A stretch of 63,539 bases of DNA, counting the filler, from Nemertoderma westbladi (Eukaryota; Animalia; Xenacoelomorpha): NCBI GenBank assembly GCA_032718475.1. It is 3 parts of 3 records of this genome, joined end to end, with 100 filler letters (N's around TTAATTAATTAA, not from the genome) between each part and the next. Parts side by side here need not be neighbours in the genome. Positions count along the whole stretch, not along the records: positions 29,324 to 58,540 come from JAUCBJ010005317.1; 2 more parts are not named here. One strand, written 5' to 3'. How positions within the stretch are numbered: the first letter of the stretch is position 1; each line of letters begins with the position of its first letter. A program made the position numbers and the translations under genes. The notes below the pieces were generated by a model, which ran no database searches, was not told the DNA's origin, and saw only the letters and a program-made list of their open reading frames with translations. This document shows positions 36,882 through 49,509 of this stretch, piece after piece.

Positions 36882-37571
36882 TAGGGTTCGACCGGAGCAA
36901 TTTTTTTTGCCGGAGCCGGGTACCGGACCGGAGCAACCTAAAAGTGCCGGAGCCGGGGGCCGGAGCCGGACCGGAGCAACATTGTTTGTTATTTAGCCTT
37001 GAGTTTGCCGTCATTAATTTTGCAGATAGTTTATAATTTAATGTTAATCTATAGGCCTATACGGTCATTCGGGTACTGCCTGACAGCCTGGCCGATGTAC
37101 TAGCTAACTGGCAGACTGCAGGACTGGATTGGGATATTAAAGTTAGCAGTCTTGCAGTCTTGGGTAAGTCAGTAAGTGGAAGACTGTCAGACTCAGTGCA
37201 GCTGTGACTCAGATAAAAGGACAATTCAACGGAAATAGGCCTACAGCTATACAGCGAAAGACATAGTTAGACAACAGGACAATGCTACAGCAATAGGCCT
37301 ACAGCTGTACAGCGTTTAGCCTACGGCCATACTGCCACACTGTAATACAGTCGGCAGTACAGTCTGCCAGTAGACTTTGATCAGTTCGCAGACGGACGTC
37401 TGGTGTCTGGCTGTATGCAGGTATGTTTGCCTTGCCTATCCATGTAGCTATGCATCGTGCAGCACAAATACTTTTTGCCGGAGCTCCTGCACCTAATTTG
37501 ACCGGAGCCGGACCGGAGCCGGACATGCCAAGTCCGGCCGGAGCCGGAGCCGGAGCTCCGGTCGAACCCTA
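36882..37571. mobile_element. hAT-type MITE
   Basis: TAGGGTTCGACCGGAGC / GCTCCGGTCGAACCCTA TIRs; 8-bp TSD CCTACTAT (36874-36881, 37572-37579); GCCGGA subterminal repeats. Confidence 0.95.
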
Positions 37572-38031
37572 CCTACTATGTACTACTGTACTACCTACCG
37601 GCTACCGGTAAATGTCTGAATGCAGTCAGTCTCAGAAAGGACTGACTACTGGACTAGTGTACCAGTACGCGGTACTGTTGTACTGCGGTACATTGATGAA
37701 TACAGGCATAGTTCAGCCAGTCAACTGCACAGACTGATTTGCTGATGTCAGAGCGTCAGGTGTCAGAATGTATGCATGCCCAGGCCACAACCACAGGCAG
37801 CCAGACTGCCAACTGCGAGGCTGCGAGGTGCCAGGAAAAAAATGGTCGGCTTTTTGCCTGACGAAAAGGCCGCTAATACTGTAATACAGGAACAGGACTG
37901 GATGATGTAATCGTAATGGATAATTTAAAACTTATAGCAGTACCGGTATAGATAGATTCCAATGCAGTAAAACTAGGCCTATCCCCAGCCCAGGCAGCCA
38001 GGTTGGAATTTATGTAGAGTTTGCTCAACAT

Positions 38032-38153
38032 GTGTGGCGCGCATTTACAGATTTAGGATCCTGGCGCGAAGGAACAGGGGCGTGTGGCGCGCATTTAGGA
38101 TCCTGGCGCGAAGGAACAGGGGCGTGTGGTGCGCATTGAGGATCCTGGCGCGG
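38032..38153. repeat. ~42-bp tandem repeat (~3 copies) rich in TGGCGCG
   Basis: GTGTGGCGCGCATTTAGGATCCTGGCGCGAAGGAACAGGGGC repeated. Confidence 0.85.
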
Positions 38154-38317
38154 AAATGGATGTCATGCAGGCCTGTAGTAGCAAAATGCATTTGCATGGC
38201 AACAAATCCAGCCACTCTACTTCAAATTATATCGGTCTACCAGTAGAGTCTATTTTTAAAAAGAGTTAGACCTAGGCCTTAAAAATTTTCGCTCGCTTCG
38301 CTCGCGTTTGTGTATTA

Positions 38318-40472
38318 CAGTAGGGAACACATGCCCGAATTGGCAGCACAGGCGCACTGCCATTTTTGAAAAATGCACTGCCATATTAGGCAGTTTTACC
38401 CTAAATTTCGGATAAAATGTGAATTTTTATCAACTTCCTGCTGGAAGGGCCCCATTTTTATTTCATTGGATGAAAATATGATATATATTGGAGGTAAATA
38501 CAAAATGTAGTAAGAGTTTCATGGTTGGGTTTTGGAGATATTTGACATTGAAAATTGCAAGTCAAAAACATGCACTGCCTAAAATGGCAGTTCTGCAGTT
38601 ATGGTATTGAATTAATTCCTTCTGTCTGACTGTAGGAGAGCTGGAGAGCCTGGCAATGCCAGGCATCCTTCAGTCCTTCAGCTGTTAAGAGTTTATCTAT
38701 CTCTGTCTGTACTGTATCTGCTAAACAGCCTATCTATCTACACTATATAAGACTATCCTTTTGAAAGCAATTTAAAGGCCTATATATTTATAGGCCAATT
38801 TGTTAGTTATTCAGTTAACTGGTTAACAATTTACACAGTCACTGACAGGTAATTTATTAATATATTTATTATACTGTAGGCCCCTATAAAATATTAATAT
38901 ATATGTGGCAATTATAACAATATGTATTATAGGCCTATAGTTTGTTAATATTAAAAGTTACGGTTCGCTAATGATAAAATTTATGTTTATTGACTGATTG
39001 ATATGGTAACTGATAATTATTGATAGTAAATATTTAGTAATAAAATCATTCAGTCATTAGGCCTAATATATATCATATTTAAAAATGTCATATCTTTAAG
39101 GGCAGAAGGGGTCTGTACAGAAATTTACCTCCCCTTGATAAATTTATTGTTTAATAATTTATGGATGTAGAAAGAAATTTCTTATAAGGCACTGTTTAAG
39201 GATTAACTGATCTAAGGCATTATTTGTTAACAAAATACAAATTACTGTATAAGAAGTCATCATCAGATCATTAGTAAGAAATAATTAAATCCAATTTAGA
39301 TACTAAAAAATAGTCTATATTTAGATTTACACGTTCACACACAAAATTTATATAATAAACTAGTATTTTGATACAGTATGACTTACCGGCTGACCAGTAA
39401 TCTAAAATTGATATAAATCAATTAATTGTAAATTGATACAGTATTATGTTGGTTTTACAGTAGATGGAAAACGTAAATTATAGATAGAGTGAGCAATGAG
39501 TAAAACCAACATAAATATAAAATAATAATAAAGATAATATATTCTAACAAACACATGTTGCAACAGTATATTTTTTCAAAGCAAAATTTGATACTAATGT
39601 TTTTGTGTACAAGCAGACAAGTACAATAGGCTGGCTGTGAGTGGCTGGGCTGGATACTGGGATAGGTTAAAACGTTAATAGTAAAACATGTCAGCATGTA
39701 GAGTAAAACAAACAAGTAAAACAAACATAATACTGAATATCTACAATATAAAAATATTACAAATTAAAAATTAAAATTAAAATTAACAAGCTAATATTGC
39801 GATAGTATAAATTAAGCTAAAACTGAGATGAGCGTTTATGTTTACAATTACAATAGGCAATAGGAGTACGTAGATTAAAACACATACAAAGTCATACATT
39901 CGACAATAGTAACGGATATAGAGAATGCAATACAAACCAACATACCATATACAGATATAATATTTACAAATTCAGGAGAAAAATGATCGGGTCTTTCGTT
40001 TTCCAACTTTCCCAGTCTACTGGTGTTTCAAACTGTGAAAAAATGATTTATTGAATATAGTTGAATATTGGTTATATATATAATATATATATTGTTTCCA
40101 TCAGGATTGCTGAATTGTACGTAATGCTGAATGCATTTTCTGATTTTGCACTGCCATTTTAAGCATTGCACTGCTAGTTCAAACAGTATGCTGCTATATT
40201 AAGCAGAACACTGCTATTTTGGGCAGTGCATGCTTTTGACTAGCAATTTTCAAAGTCTGATGTCTCTAAAACCCAACTGTGAAATTCTACCAAATTTTCT
40301 ATTTACCTTGCAATACATATTATATTTTCATCCCATGAAATAAAAAAGGGGCCCTTCGAGCAGGAAGTTAATAAAAATTGACATTTTATCAGAAATTTAG
40401 GCTAAAACTGCCTAATATGGCAGTGCATTTTGCAAAGTCTGCACTGCCTGTTTGGGCATGTGTTCCCTACTG
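38318..40472. mobile_element. Tc1/mariner/pogo-type non-autonomous element (~2.15 kb)
   Basis: CAGTAGGGAACACATGCCC TIR, arms ~270 bp (38318-38590 / 40215-40472), TA on both sides; AT-rich non-coding interior. Confidence 0.92.
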
Positions 40473-41181
40473 TATTATGCCTGCCTACTGTACGCTCTAC
40501 TCTTATTCATCATTCTAATAACTATAATAGAATAGGGATATTTGATTAGTGATATTTTATTACAGTATTTGTTTATTAACCTATATAAGTAGTTCCGTGC
40601 CTTGAACTGTTTTGCACTCCCACATTACAGCATTATGGACAAACCGACAGATTGAGCATTGAAGGTACCGGTACCGTATCCAATCCACGTTAACATCATG
40701 GCCAATCAGGCCAAAGTTTTAATGTCTTTCAAAATATGAGTTGTTTGACTGTTTGAAAGGTTTAATTGTTCACTTCACACCAATATAGCCTAAAACCACG
40801 ATTCAGCAGATTTTCCGTGCTCGCTACACTCTGATGTAATTCATAATCACATCTCCACATCTGTAGGTAAAAAATAGTCGGTTGACCTAAATATGTTAAA
40901 ATTTTCTTGCTCGCTACGTTCGCAATTTAATCACATCTGTATTTAAAAACAGTCGGTTGACCTACTATCTGAATATTTCAGTACAGCAGTATTACTGTAC
41001 GCCTATTCATGTTTACTTTTCTGCAACATTTTCTTGCTCGCTGGGCTCGCATTTTCATGTTAAAATACTGTAGGAGTGGGTCTAACTCTATGTCTGTAGC
41101 GTAGGCAGGCAGGTAGGTCAGTAGATACTGCAGTATAAACTGATAAATGATTACAATTGCAAAATTTAATGGTCAGTCTTT

Positions 41182-41661
41182 CGGTCCTACGAATTACCCC
41201 AAAATACCCCAAAACACCCCAAAATACCCCAGAACACCCCAAAAGACCCCAAAATAGTATAAAACTACCCCAAAATACCCCAAAATAGTTTAGAATTACC
41301 CCAAAATACCCCAAAATAGTTTAGAATTACCCCAAAATACTTTTTTTTCAGCCTTTGTTTTGGAAATTTAATTTACCCCAAAATATGGCAAAATGACGAA
41401 TTACCCCAAAATAATGACGAATTACCCCAAAATAATTAAAAATTTTTTCTTCACTCTCGTTTATTGTTTTGGTTAAAAAAACTTGCCACTGTAACCTGCT
41501 CCTTTCCCTCGCTGTTAAAAAACATGGTTAGCTTATTTTGGGGTATTTTGGGGTAATTTTTTAGCCTTTTTGGGGTATTTTGGGGTAATATTTGACTATT
41601 TTGGGGTATTTTGGAGTATTTTGGGGTGTTTTGGGGTATTTTGGGGTAATTCGTAGGACCC
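41182..41661. mobile_element. Mutator-like foldback MITE with CCCCAAAATA arrays
   Basis: GGTCCTACGAATTACCCCAAAATACCCC TIR; 9-bp TSD TCAGTCTTT (41173-41181, 41662-41670). Confidence 0.9.
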
Positions 41662-42543
41662 TCAGTCTTTCAATGGTTGGCGCACATTGAATGTCATGGC
41701 TGGCGCGCTTTTCGTTTAACCAGAATCCGTGTGGCGCGCTTTTTGTCAATATTCCATATAGGTCCCCAGCCACCAGCAGTCTGGGAAATTACCGGTAGCC
41801 AAATAGGGAAATTTTAAAATTCCCCTATAGCTGTACTGCTGTTGCTGTATAGCAGTATAGGTAAACTTTTATTTCCCTATACGTGCTATAGGGAAATTTT
41901 AGCATAATGGCTATGGTGTATGGCGCATTCACTGAGGACATACATACAGTAGGGTTCCCTATCCCGATCAAGATATATAAATATATCCCGATCGGGATAT
42001 ACAGATATACCCTTATACTGTTATAAGGTAATATATCCCGATCGTGATATGTCAATCTGTCAATGTCTACTGTCATTTACTAGGCCTACTGTATATTCTA
42101 CTCTACTCAGCTACCGTCAACACCCAAATATGGGCATACTTTTCAAATTTGACCATCTAGTGCGTTCAAGATTTACAAATTTCCAGATGTTAAATAAGTC
42201 TGTATATCCACAATTATATTGGCTATAAGACCTAGGCCTATTTGTTCAATTTTCGGAGTCAGCGCTCCGAAAATATATTTTTTAAAAAATTTAAAAGTGC
42301 CCATATTAGGGGAAAAAAAATATATTCCCCAAATACGGGCACTTAACATTGTATTTTATTTGAATTAGTTAGTACCGTTTCTCGCCTCAAAATGCCCCCT
42401 AATATAGTGCCATTCGCAGCTGCATAGACATTACATACATTAAATTACACCCTAATATGGTAGGATGGCTAAAACGTCTGTCCTTATCTGATCTGATCTG
42501 ATCTGATCTGACGGTATCTGACACATGTTCCACCTTGGTTCAG

Positions 42544-42720
42544 AGCCCACCTTGGTGTAGTGGTTATATTGAATTCACATCTCGCGGAGGTTGTGGGTTC
42601 AATCCCGACATGGGGGCCAAGGTAGTTTTCGTTTCGGCACGAATGTTTTGAAGGGTTTAACGAAGCATATCTGCCTTGCATCCTTAAATGATAGCTAAAT
42701 GAGTACTGGACTTTATGCCT
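42544..42720 (+). mobile_element. tRNA-derived SINE (A and B boxes plus body)
   Basis: A box TGGTGTAGTGG (~42553), B box GGTTCAATCCC (~42596); anticodon arm degenerate; followed by non-tRNA body. Confidence 0.65.
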
Positions 42721-43637
42721 ATGTCAGCATGTGAAGTTTCCCCGGTATTCCCCTTAAACCCGGGGGGGGGGGGGGGGGGTCAATATAACACCTCCCCCTC
42801 TGAAACAACTATACTAACTAAAAGACTAACTGAAACGAACTAAAAAAAGGAATTCAAATAAAATAAGCTAGAAATTTTAAACTTGTTTTTAGCGGCTGGT
42901 GCCAAATTTTGGTGCCGACCCATGTGAAGAATACCAGGATTTACCTTTTCGGTTGACTTTTATTGGAATTTTATATATGAAGATTTTAATTTGTTTTTTA
43001 TTTATCTTTATTAAGTGTATTATAGAGAGCTTATTTATGGCTTATAACCTGTACATGCAGACATATACTAATTCGTTTATTGTTTTGGTTATATTCAGCC
43101 CTTCTGTAACCTGTGTTTTTGGTGAAAACCAAGTATTCTTCACATGGGGGTAACTGCAAAATAAAATATAACAGCAGAGAAAGTCTGGTATTCTTCGCCC
43201 ATGTGAAGAATACCAGAATACCTTACTAGTACATAATAGTACTTAACTAAATATGTTTATGCTAATTATTTATCAACCTATTATTGCCACATGGGTGGGT
43301 GGGTGGATGGGAATGTGGGAAGGTGCCCGCTGGTTGTTTATTGTTTTGGTTAGAAAAGTCAGCCGCGGTAACATTCTCCTTTCCCTCAATTGGTATGTAA
43401 CAAAATCAATCTTCCAATCGATCAACATTATTTTCCACCAACTCACCAATCAATACACCAATATGGGTAGGTATACAGTAAGTAAAAAAGTCACACATAA
43501 CAGCATAATATCGTATACAATAGGCTATACTGTATTGCGCCTCTGCATTCTCACGGGCTGGGCACCGTTTTTTGTTTCGGTTGCGCAAATTCCATACAGT
43601 AAATGCCAACACGAATACAAAAAGCTGCATTAGCAAT

Positions 43638-45101
43638 AAATTTTAAAGCCAGTTAAGGCAAAGTCTTAAGTTAACAAATCCAAAAGTACAATATGTCGCC
43701 TGGCTTATGGGGATACAGAAAAGGTTGAATAGTTATGAAGTGGTCATCCTTGGGAGATTGTGTTGGGCAACCATTCTTTTCCGGTAACATCCAAGAGAGA
43801 AAGGAGCTTCCGTTACTTGTTTGCTTCCTTCACTTTACTTTACGTCATTTAGGTAAATACCAATTACGTCACACAATGTGCAGGTGTATTTAAAGTAATA
43901 CATTTCGGAATTGTATTGCACTGTACTGTATGTCAGAGTATAGGAACTGATACCGCAGAAAAATACCACCGACAATAGTCTGACTACCACCGACAAAAAC
44001 TAATAATAAAAAAAACACACCGACATATGAAAAACACTAACGCTTTTTACCATTACGTTAGGCAATATAATAATTTAAAACAGATAATTTATGAAGGCGG
44101 TATTATATTTTAAAGAAATTATCATGACTAATTACACCACCGACAACAGGCCGACAGTGTACAATATACTTTGTTATAAATATTTGGACTGGAAATAAAA
44201 ATTGTATAATCATGTACTGAAATAGTTTACTAACATTGCCGAAGCTGTCGGTATACTGTCGGTTTGCGATCTTACCTGTCGGTTTGTGTCGGTTTGTGTC
44301 TTTTGTTGTCGGTGGTATGCGAAAGGTGTCGGTGGTTGTCGGTGTAGTATTTAGTCAAATTTTAAAGCCAGTTAAGGCAAAGTCTTATGTTAACAAATCC
44401 AACAGTACAATATGCCGCCTGGCTTATGGGGATACAGAAAAGGTTGAATAGTTATGAAGTGGTCATCCTTGGGAGATTGTGTTGGGCAACCACTCTTTTC
44501 CCGTAACATCCAAGAGAGAAAGGAGTTTCCGTTGCTTCTTGTTTCCTTCCTTCACTTTACTTTACGTCATTTAGGTAAATACAGTACCAATTACGTCACA
44601 CAATGTGCAGCTGTATGTAAAGTAATAAATTTCGGCATTGTAGGGGCCTATCGCACTGTACTGTATGTCAAAGTTTAAGAACGGATACCGCAGAAATATA
44701 CCACTGACATTAACAGTGTGACTACCACCGACAAAAACTAATAATAATAGCAACACACCGACATATGAAAAACACTAACGATTTTTACCATTACGCTATG
44801 CAATATAATAATTTAAAACAAGATAATATATGAAGGCGGTATTATATTTTAAAGAAATTATCATGACTAATTACACCACCGACAACAGGCCGACAGTGGA
44901 CAATATACTTTGTTATAAATATTTGGACTGGAAATAAAAATTGTATAATCATGTACTGACATAGTTTACTAACATTGCCAAAGTTGTCGGTATACTGTCG
45001 GTTTGCGATCTTACCTGTCGGTTTGTGTCTTTTGTTGTCGGTGGTTGTCGGTGGTATGCGAAAGGTGTCGGTGGTTGTCGGTGGCGTATTTAGTCAAACC
45101 C
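43638..45101. repeat. Tandem duplication of a ~720-740-bp unit containing an ACCACCGACA/TGTCGGTGGT foldback element
   Basis: AAATTTTAAAGCCAGTTAAGGCAAAGTCTTA at 43638 and 44357; units collinear to GTATTTAGTCAAA; duplicated short ORFs at 44236 and 44975. Confidence 0.92.
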
Positions 45102-46074
45102 GTTTATTAATTCCCACATTCCCATCCACCTTCCCATATTCAGATATTCCTTCATCATCTGGGTATACTGTAAACACCACTGTATCAGCTGGCAATATGG
45201 ATGGGGCATGTTAAGTGTTTCTTCATATACATATACACACATACTAGGCCTACACAGTACTGCAGTAGGCCTAGAGAGATTCCCCTTCCTGCCTTCCCTT
45301 TCTGCCTTTAGCGTAACAAACCTTCATCCTATATCACATTTTTAATATATAATAACATGCCTTTGTGCATTTAGATGCATACCGGTATGCCTGTACTGCC
45401 TGACTGCTACTTCATATGATGATACTGATACTTAACAGGGCAACACTGCAACATGAAACGTGATCCCCTATTCAGCTATTGGCTATTTACATAACAGACA
45501 GTTAGGTAAATATTATATTTCTTTCTCCTGATTGGTTATAGGATCAGATGCTGTCAGATCAGATCAGATCAGATCAGATAAGGACAGACGTTTTATTCTA
45601 CCTCCTAATATGGGCACTTTCCGAATTTTTAAAAAAATTCACATTTTAACTGTTTCAAAATAACAGTTAAAATGTTAAAACATAACAACAACAATGAACA
45701 CATTAATGATATTAATATTATTATATTATATTATTATTATTACACATTATTATTATATTGAATTGCATTTAAAATTGTAATTAAATTATATACATTTAAA
45801 TTTATACAACAGGTGTATTTTACGATACTGCATTTAAAGATACCGTATTTGATATTGCATAGATAGATATTGCATTTAAAGATACTGCATTTAAATGGAT
45901 GTTTAAGACTGTAAGATACTGACTGAATTTAAAGAAAGATCATAGCCTAACCAAAACATAACAAAACATTTCAAAAAATATGAGAAGGAGAACAAACAAT
46001 AACAAATACCTAAACAAAACAAAACAACGCTGAATGCATGAGTTTAATACACAGTATATAGTGGTACCTCAAAA

Positions 46075-48420
46075 TTAGCCATAAAATTTTTTGCAAATAT
46101 CACAAATATAATCTTCCTCAGCTTCAATATATGTTGATGCAATGCACCGATCACACGCCCACCTTGAACATATATCACAGCCAGCCCAGTCTGTATCTCT
46201 GCCTTGACCATCATCACCACAAATGTAACAGATTGATTCGTCAATGTCAGAGTCAGAATCAATTATTGAACTATGGGCTTTACCCTTTCCACATCCCTTA
46301 GCCTTAGTAGTACTGGCTTTCTTTTTGTTTTCTTTCTCTTGCAGTTTGTGCATTTTCTTTGCTTGGATTTCCTCGACTCGACGTTGCTCAGCCTCCATTC
46401 CACTGAATACTTCGTCAGAAGTTAGAACTCGCGCTTTTGTCTTTAAACGTATTGACCGCTTTTTTCCACTGTAATCAACTGCAGGTTGAAAAACGCTAGC
46501 ATAGCTCTCTGAGATTACACCATATGTAACCAAGGGATTCTGCAGAACTGATGTCAGATGACCAGAATTTGAAAGTCCACTGGAACCCGGACGTGGACCT
46601 AGTCCTGTTGACGTTGATGGAATAGTGTAAGGTATTGGTATAACTGGTCTCTCTGAGACTTGTGGTTGCTGAAAGATGGAAGCGATAAGCTGATCATTCC
46701 ATAATTGTGATGAATTGTCAAGTGGATGATGACAGGACTCAGCAGTCGTGACAGTGCATGTTATAGAACTTGAAAGTCTACTGGAACCTGGATGTGGACC
46801 CAGTCCAGTTGAGGTTGATGGAATAGTGTATGGTAGAACTGGTCCCACTACATGTGATTGCTGAAAGTTGGGAGTGATGAGCTGATCATTCAATAGTTGT
46901 GATGAATTGCCAAGTGGATGATGACAGGATTCATCAGTAGTGACAGTAGATGTTATAGAACTTGAAAGTCCACTGTAACCTGGATTAGTGACTGTGGCAA
47001 GTTGATCGAGCTGATTAAGCTGATTCAGTAAGTTGATGTCAATTGGTGCTGAGATATCACCAGTAGTGCTTGAACGTGTTGAAATCGATATCAGAGACGA
47101 GGATGCAGTAGTTGTTGTCACAGCAATGGTGCAGGTGGTTGACACAGAACTTCCAGTTGATATAGGCATCAAATCCACATCAGCACTATCAATGAGGCCA
47201 GAGTGGATCAGCTGTGTCTTATCGATGCTGTTTAGATCGAATGGAACAAGTCCTGCTCCCCTAAACCCTGCTTTGATGTTCTTTCTTGTCATGGATTCAT
47301 CTAATGGAATTCGCAGCATCCGCGGTATATCTGTTTTGGATATCCACAGTGATCCTCTCAAGCATTGCCCAATGTTTACAAGCTTTGACAGACAGGACTT
47401 GAAGCTCTTATACACTGCAACGTCCAGTGGTTGCGTCACATGTGTAGAATTGGGAACGAAAGTAATTAGTAGAACATTGTTAATACGTGCCATACGAATT
47501 AGATCAACGTTCAAGTGTGGACCACAACTATCTAACGTCAGAATGTTGACAACGCCTTGTTTCTCGATCTTGTGCTTCAGGAAGAGCTTGGAGAAATATT
47601 TGACCATCAAGTCGCCATCTATAAACCCTGACTCAGACCGGCCATACACTGCTCCAACAGGTCCATTCTTGGCATAATTTCCACCAGGAAAGGCACCCTT
47701 GAATATGATGAATGGTGGCATGTCATTCCCACTGGCATTAACAGTGCAGCCAGCACTTACATGTTCACCAATGCCAGCCTTCAGCTTTGTGGCGCGAGTT
47801 AATTTCTTCACTGGAATCACCACCTTCGTTGTGTCCTTTGACAGGTCTATGGAAGTTTCATCAAAGTTCCACAAACAGTCGGGATGGATAATATCCAGAA
47901 AACCACCTGGTTTTGAAACAGCTATGCCAGCATCAATCAGTTCCTTTCTAACCATTCCGAAATAGTCACGGATATCATCAACTGTGACTGAAACTCGGCC
48001 TTTGTCCTGCCGTGCTGGATTTCTCAGCTTTAGATCAGTGTGACGTTTCATAAATCCTTGAAACCAGTGATATTGGTGCGAATGATTATTATCAAACACG
48101 GGTGTATCATATTTCCCATGTCGAACATTGGCACTGTCTACACAACGTGCATGTAACATTACTATCCCTGGTGTCATTGGGTACCCCCGTATTGCAACAT
48201 ACTCCACATACGCTGCTAGAGCTGATTCATCTTCCTCAGACAAGATTGTTGGAGCACCCAATTTGCAGTCAAGTGTTACTTTCCCGTGGACTCGATTTTG
48301 TAATGTAGTGCGAGGCACTCCCCAATCACGAGCAGCAGATTTGATGGGTACTTTCTTGTTTATAACTTCATCGTAGGCTGCTAACATGTCTCGGTTATCC
48401 CACTGTCGCCTTTTCGCCAT
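46075..48420 (-). CDS. pogo/Fot1-family DD35D transposase: psq-type HTH, CENP-B-like HTH, DDE_1 domain and C-terminal PHD-like zinc finger, 781 aa
   Basis: AARDWGVPRTTL (HTH), WFQGFMKRH, WNFDET, LDSCGPH...QPLDV with 35 residues between the second and third Asp, GFRGAGLVPFD, C-terminal CYIC...WAGCDICSRWACDRC...YICDIC; uninterrupted ORF. Confidence 0.95.
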   Translation of the reverse strand: MAKRRQWDNRDMLAAYDEVINKKVPIKSAARDWGVPRTTLQNRVHGKVTLDCKLGAPTILSEEDESALAAYVEYVAIRGYPMTPGIVMLHARCVDSANVRHGKYDTPVFDNNHSHQYHWFQGFMKRHTDLKLRNPARQDKGRVSVTVDDIRDYFGMVRKELIDAGIAVSKPGGFLDIIHPDCLWNFDETSIDLSKDTTKVVIPVKKLTRATKLKAGIGEHVSAGCTVNASGNDMPPFIIFKGAFPGGNYAKNGPVGAVYGRSESGFIDGDLMVKYFSKLFLKHKIEKQGVVNILTLDSCGPHLNVDLIRMARINNVLLITFVPNSTHVTQPLDVAVYKSFKSCLSKLVNIGQCLRGSLWISKTDIPRMLRIPLDESMTRKNIKAGFRGAGLVPFDLNSIDKTQLIHSGLIDSADVDLMPISTGSSVSTTCTIAVTTTTASSSLISISTRSSTTGDISAPIDINLLNQLNQLDQLATVTNPGYSGLSSSITSTVTTDESCHHPLGNSSQLLNDQLITPNFQQSHVVGPVLPYTIPSTSTGLGPHPGSSRLSSSITCTVTTAESCHHPLDNSSQLWNDQLIASIFQQPQVSERPVIPIPYTIPSTSTGLGPRPGSSGLSNSGHLTSVLQNPLVTYGVISESYASVFQPAVDYSGKKRSIRLKTKARVLTSDEVFSGMEAEQRRVEEIQAKKMHKLQEKENKKKASTTKAKGCGKGKAHSSIIDSDSDIDESICYICGDDGQGRDTDWAGCDICSRWACDRCIASTYIEAEEDYICDICKKFYG

Positions 48421-49509
48421 AATAAAACTTCAATATATAACAGAATAAATAATACCAGAACAGATATTGTAATTTACAAAATAAAGAGAGGTGCCTATAT
48501 TATGGTAACGTTTTTGATTGCTCATGATTCCTACCCAGAAACGGGCACCACGTACTAACTACAGAACGGAGTTGTTCTAAGGCCTAACCTATGTTGTTTC
48601 TGCAAGAAGTATATATTCAATATCTAAAAACACCACATACTACTATGATGGACCTACAGAATTGTGATTCAGTCTATGGTGCAATAAAATAGCCTACTGT
48701 CGCTCGAGATTTCAGGCGACAGAAAAGCATCAGCTGATTTTCCCCAACAATTTATTGCATCATTACAGGCCCCAGGTCAAATAGCTGTTGACTAAACTTA
48801 AAAAGGGGTAAGTGGTCAACTTAGAAAACCTCATTTTGAATACTCAATACGAAAATTCAGCCAGATATATAAAAAAATGTTCAAGGGTGACCATATTTGG
48901 GTGTGCCTATATTCGGGTGTTGACGGTACTATGTAAAACTACAGTATATTTGGAAAACTAGAATATCAATAAATATTATTAGAATGTGAAGTGAAGTCTG
49001 CACTGCACTGCTAACCAACTAAATCCACCTAAAAAAAACGTGAAGAAAATGAAAACAGGATGACAATGGTAATGCATTCTGGCATTCGCCGATTCGCGCA
49101 TGACACTGAATAATCTGTCAGTCTGTTGTGCCGGTAATTGAACATGTTTAGAAGACTTCGTGCAGCACGTTTGATACTGAATCAATCCAGTGAAACGTTT
49201 TAAGAGACCTTCGCCTTCGCGCAGTATGTGAGATACTGAAACAAATCAGTTGAAACGTTTAAGAGACCTTCATGCAGCACGTACATGGAGTACCTGGGTA
49301 CCATAACAATCTGTTGAAATGTTTAAGATACCATTGCGCAGCACATCTTGCAGTCTTGGATTTGGATACTGAAACAATCTATTGAAACGTTTAAGATACC
49401 TTCATGCAGCATGGGGGTACTCTGTAACAATCTATTGAAACATTTAAGATACCTTTGCGCAGTATATGGGATACAGCACATGCAGCACATTGGATTTGGA
49501 TACTGAAAC

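Larger units (their letters stand above)
42459..45602. mobile_element. Mutator-like non-autonomous element nested in the pogo 3' region
   Basis: GGTAG...TAAAACGTCTGTCCTTATCTG(ATCTG)n TIRs; 9-bp TSD (C/T)CCTAATAT at 42450-42458 and 45603-45611; removal restores the pogo motif CCCTAATATGGGCAC. Confidence 0.85.
42114..48926 (-). mobile_element. Full-length pogo/Fot1-like DNA transposon (with a nested 3.1-kb insertion)
   Basis: TIRs CCGTCAACACCC(A/G)AATAT(G/A)GGCA, TA TSDs at 42112-42113 and 48927-48928, repeated subterminal CCC.AATA.GGGCA motifs, encloses the transposase ORF. Confidence 0.93.

Noticed and set aside
42544-42620. Functional tRNA gene
   Set aside because: A and B boxes present, but no proper anticodon arm and no poly-T terminator at the expected place; lies inside a transposon, so better explained as a SINE head
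46244-48376. Plus-strand ORFs overlapping the transposase, and minus-strand ORFs over the BEL/Pao region
   Set aside because: Antisense shadows of real coding sequence with no recognisable motifs
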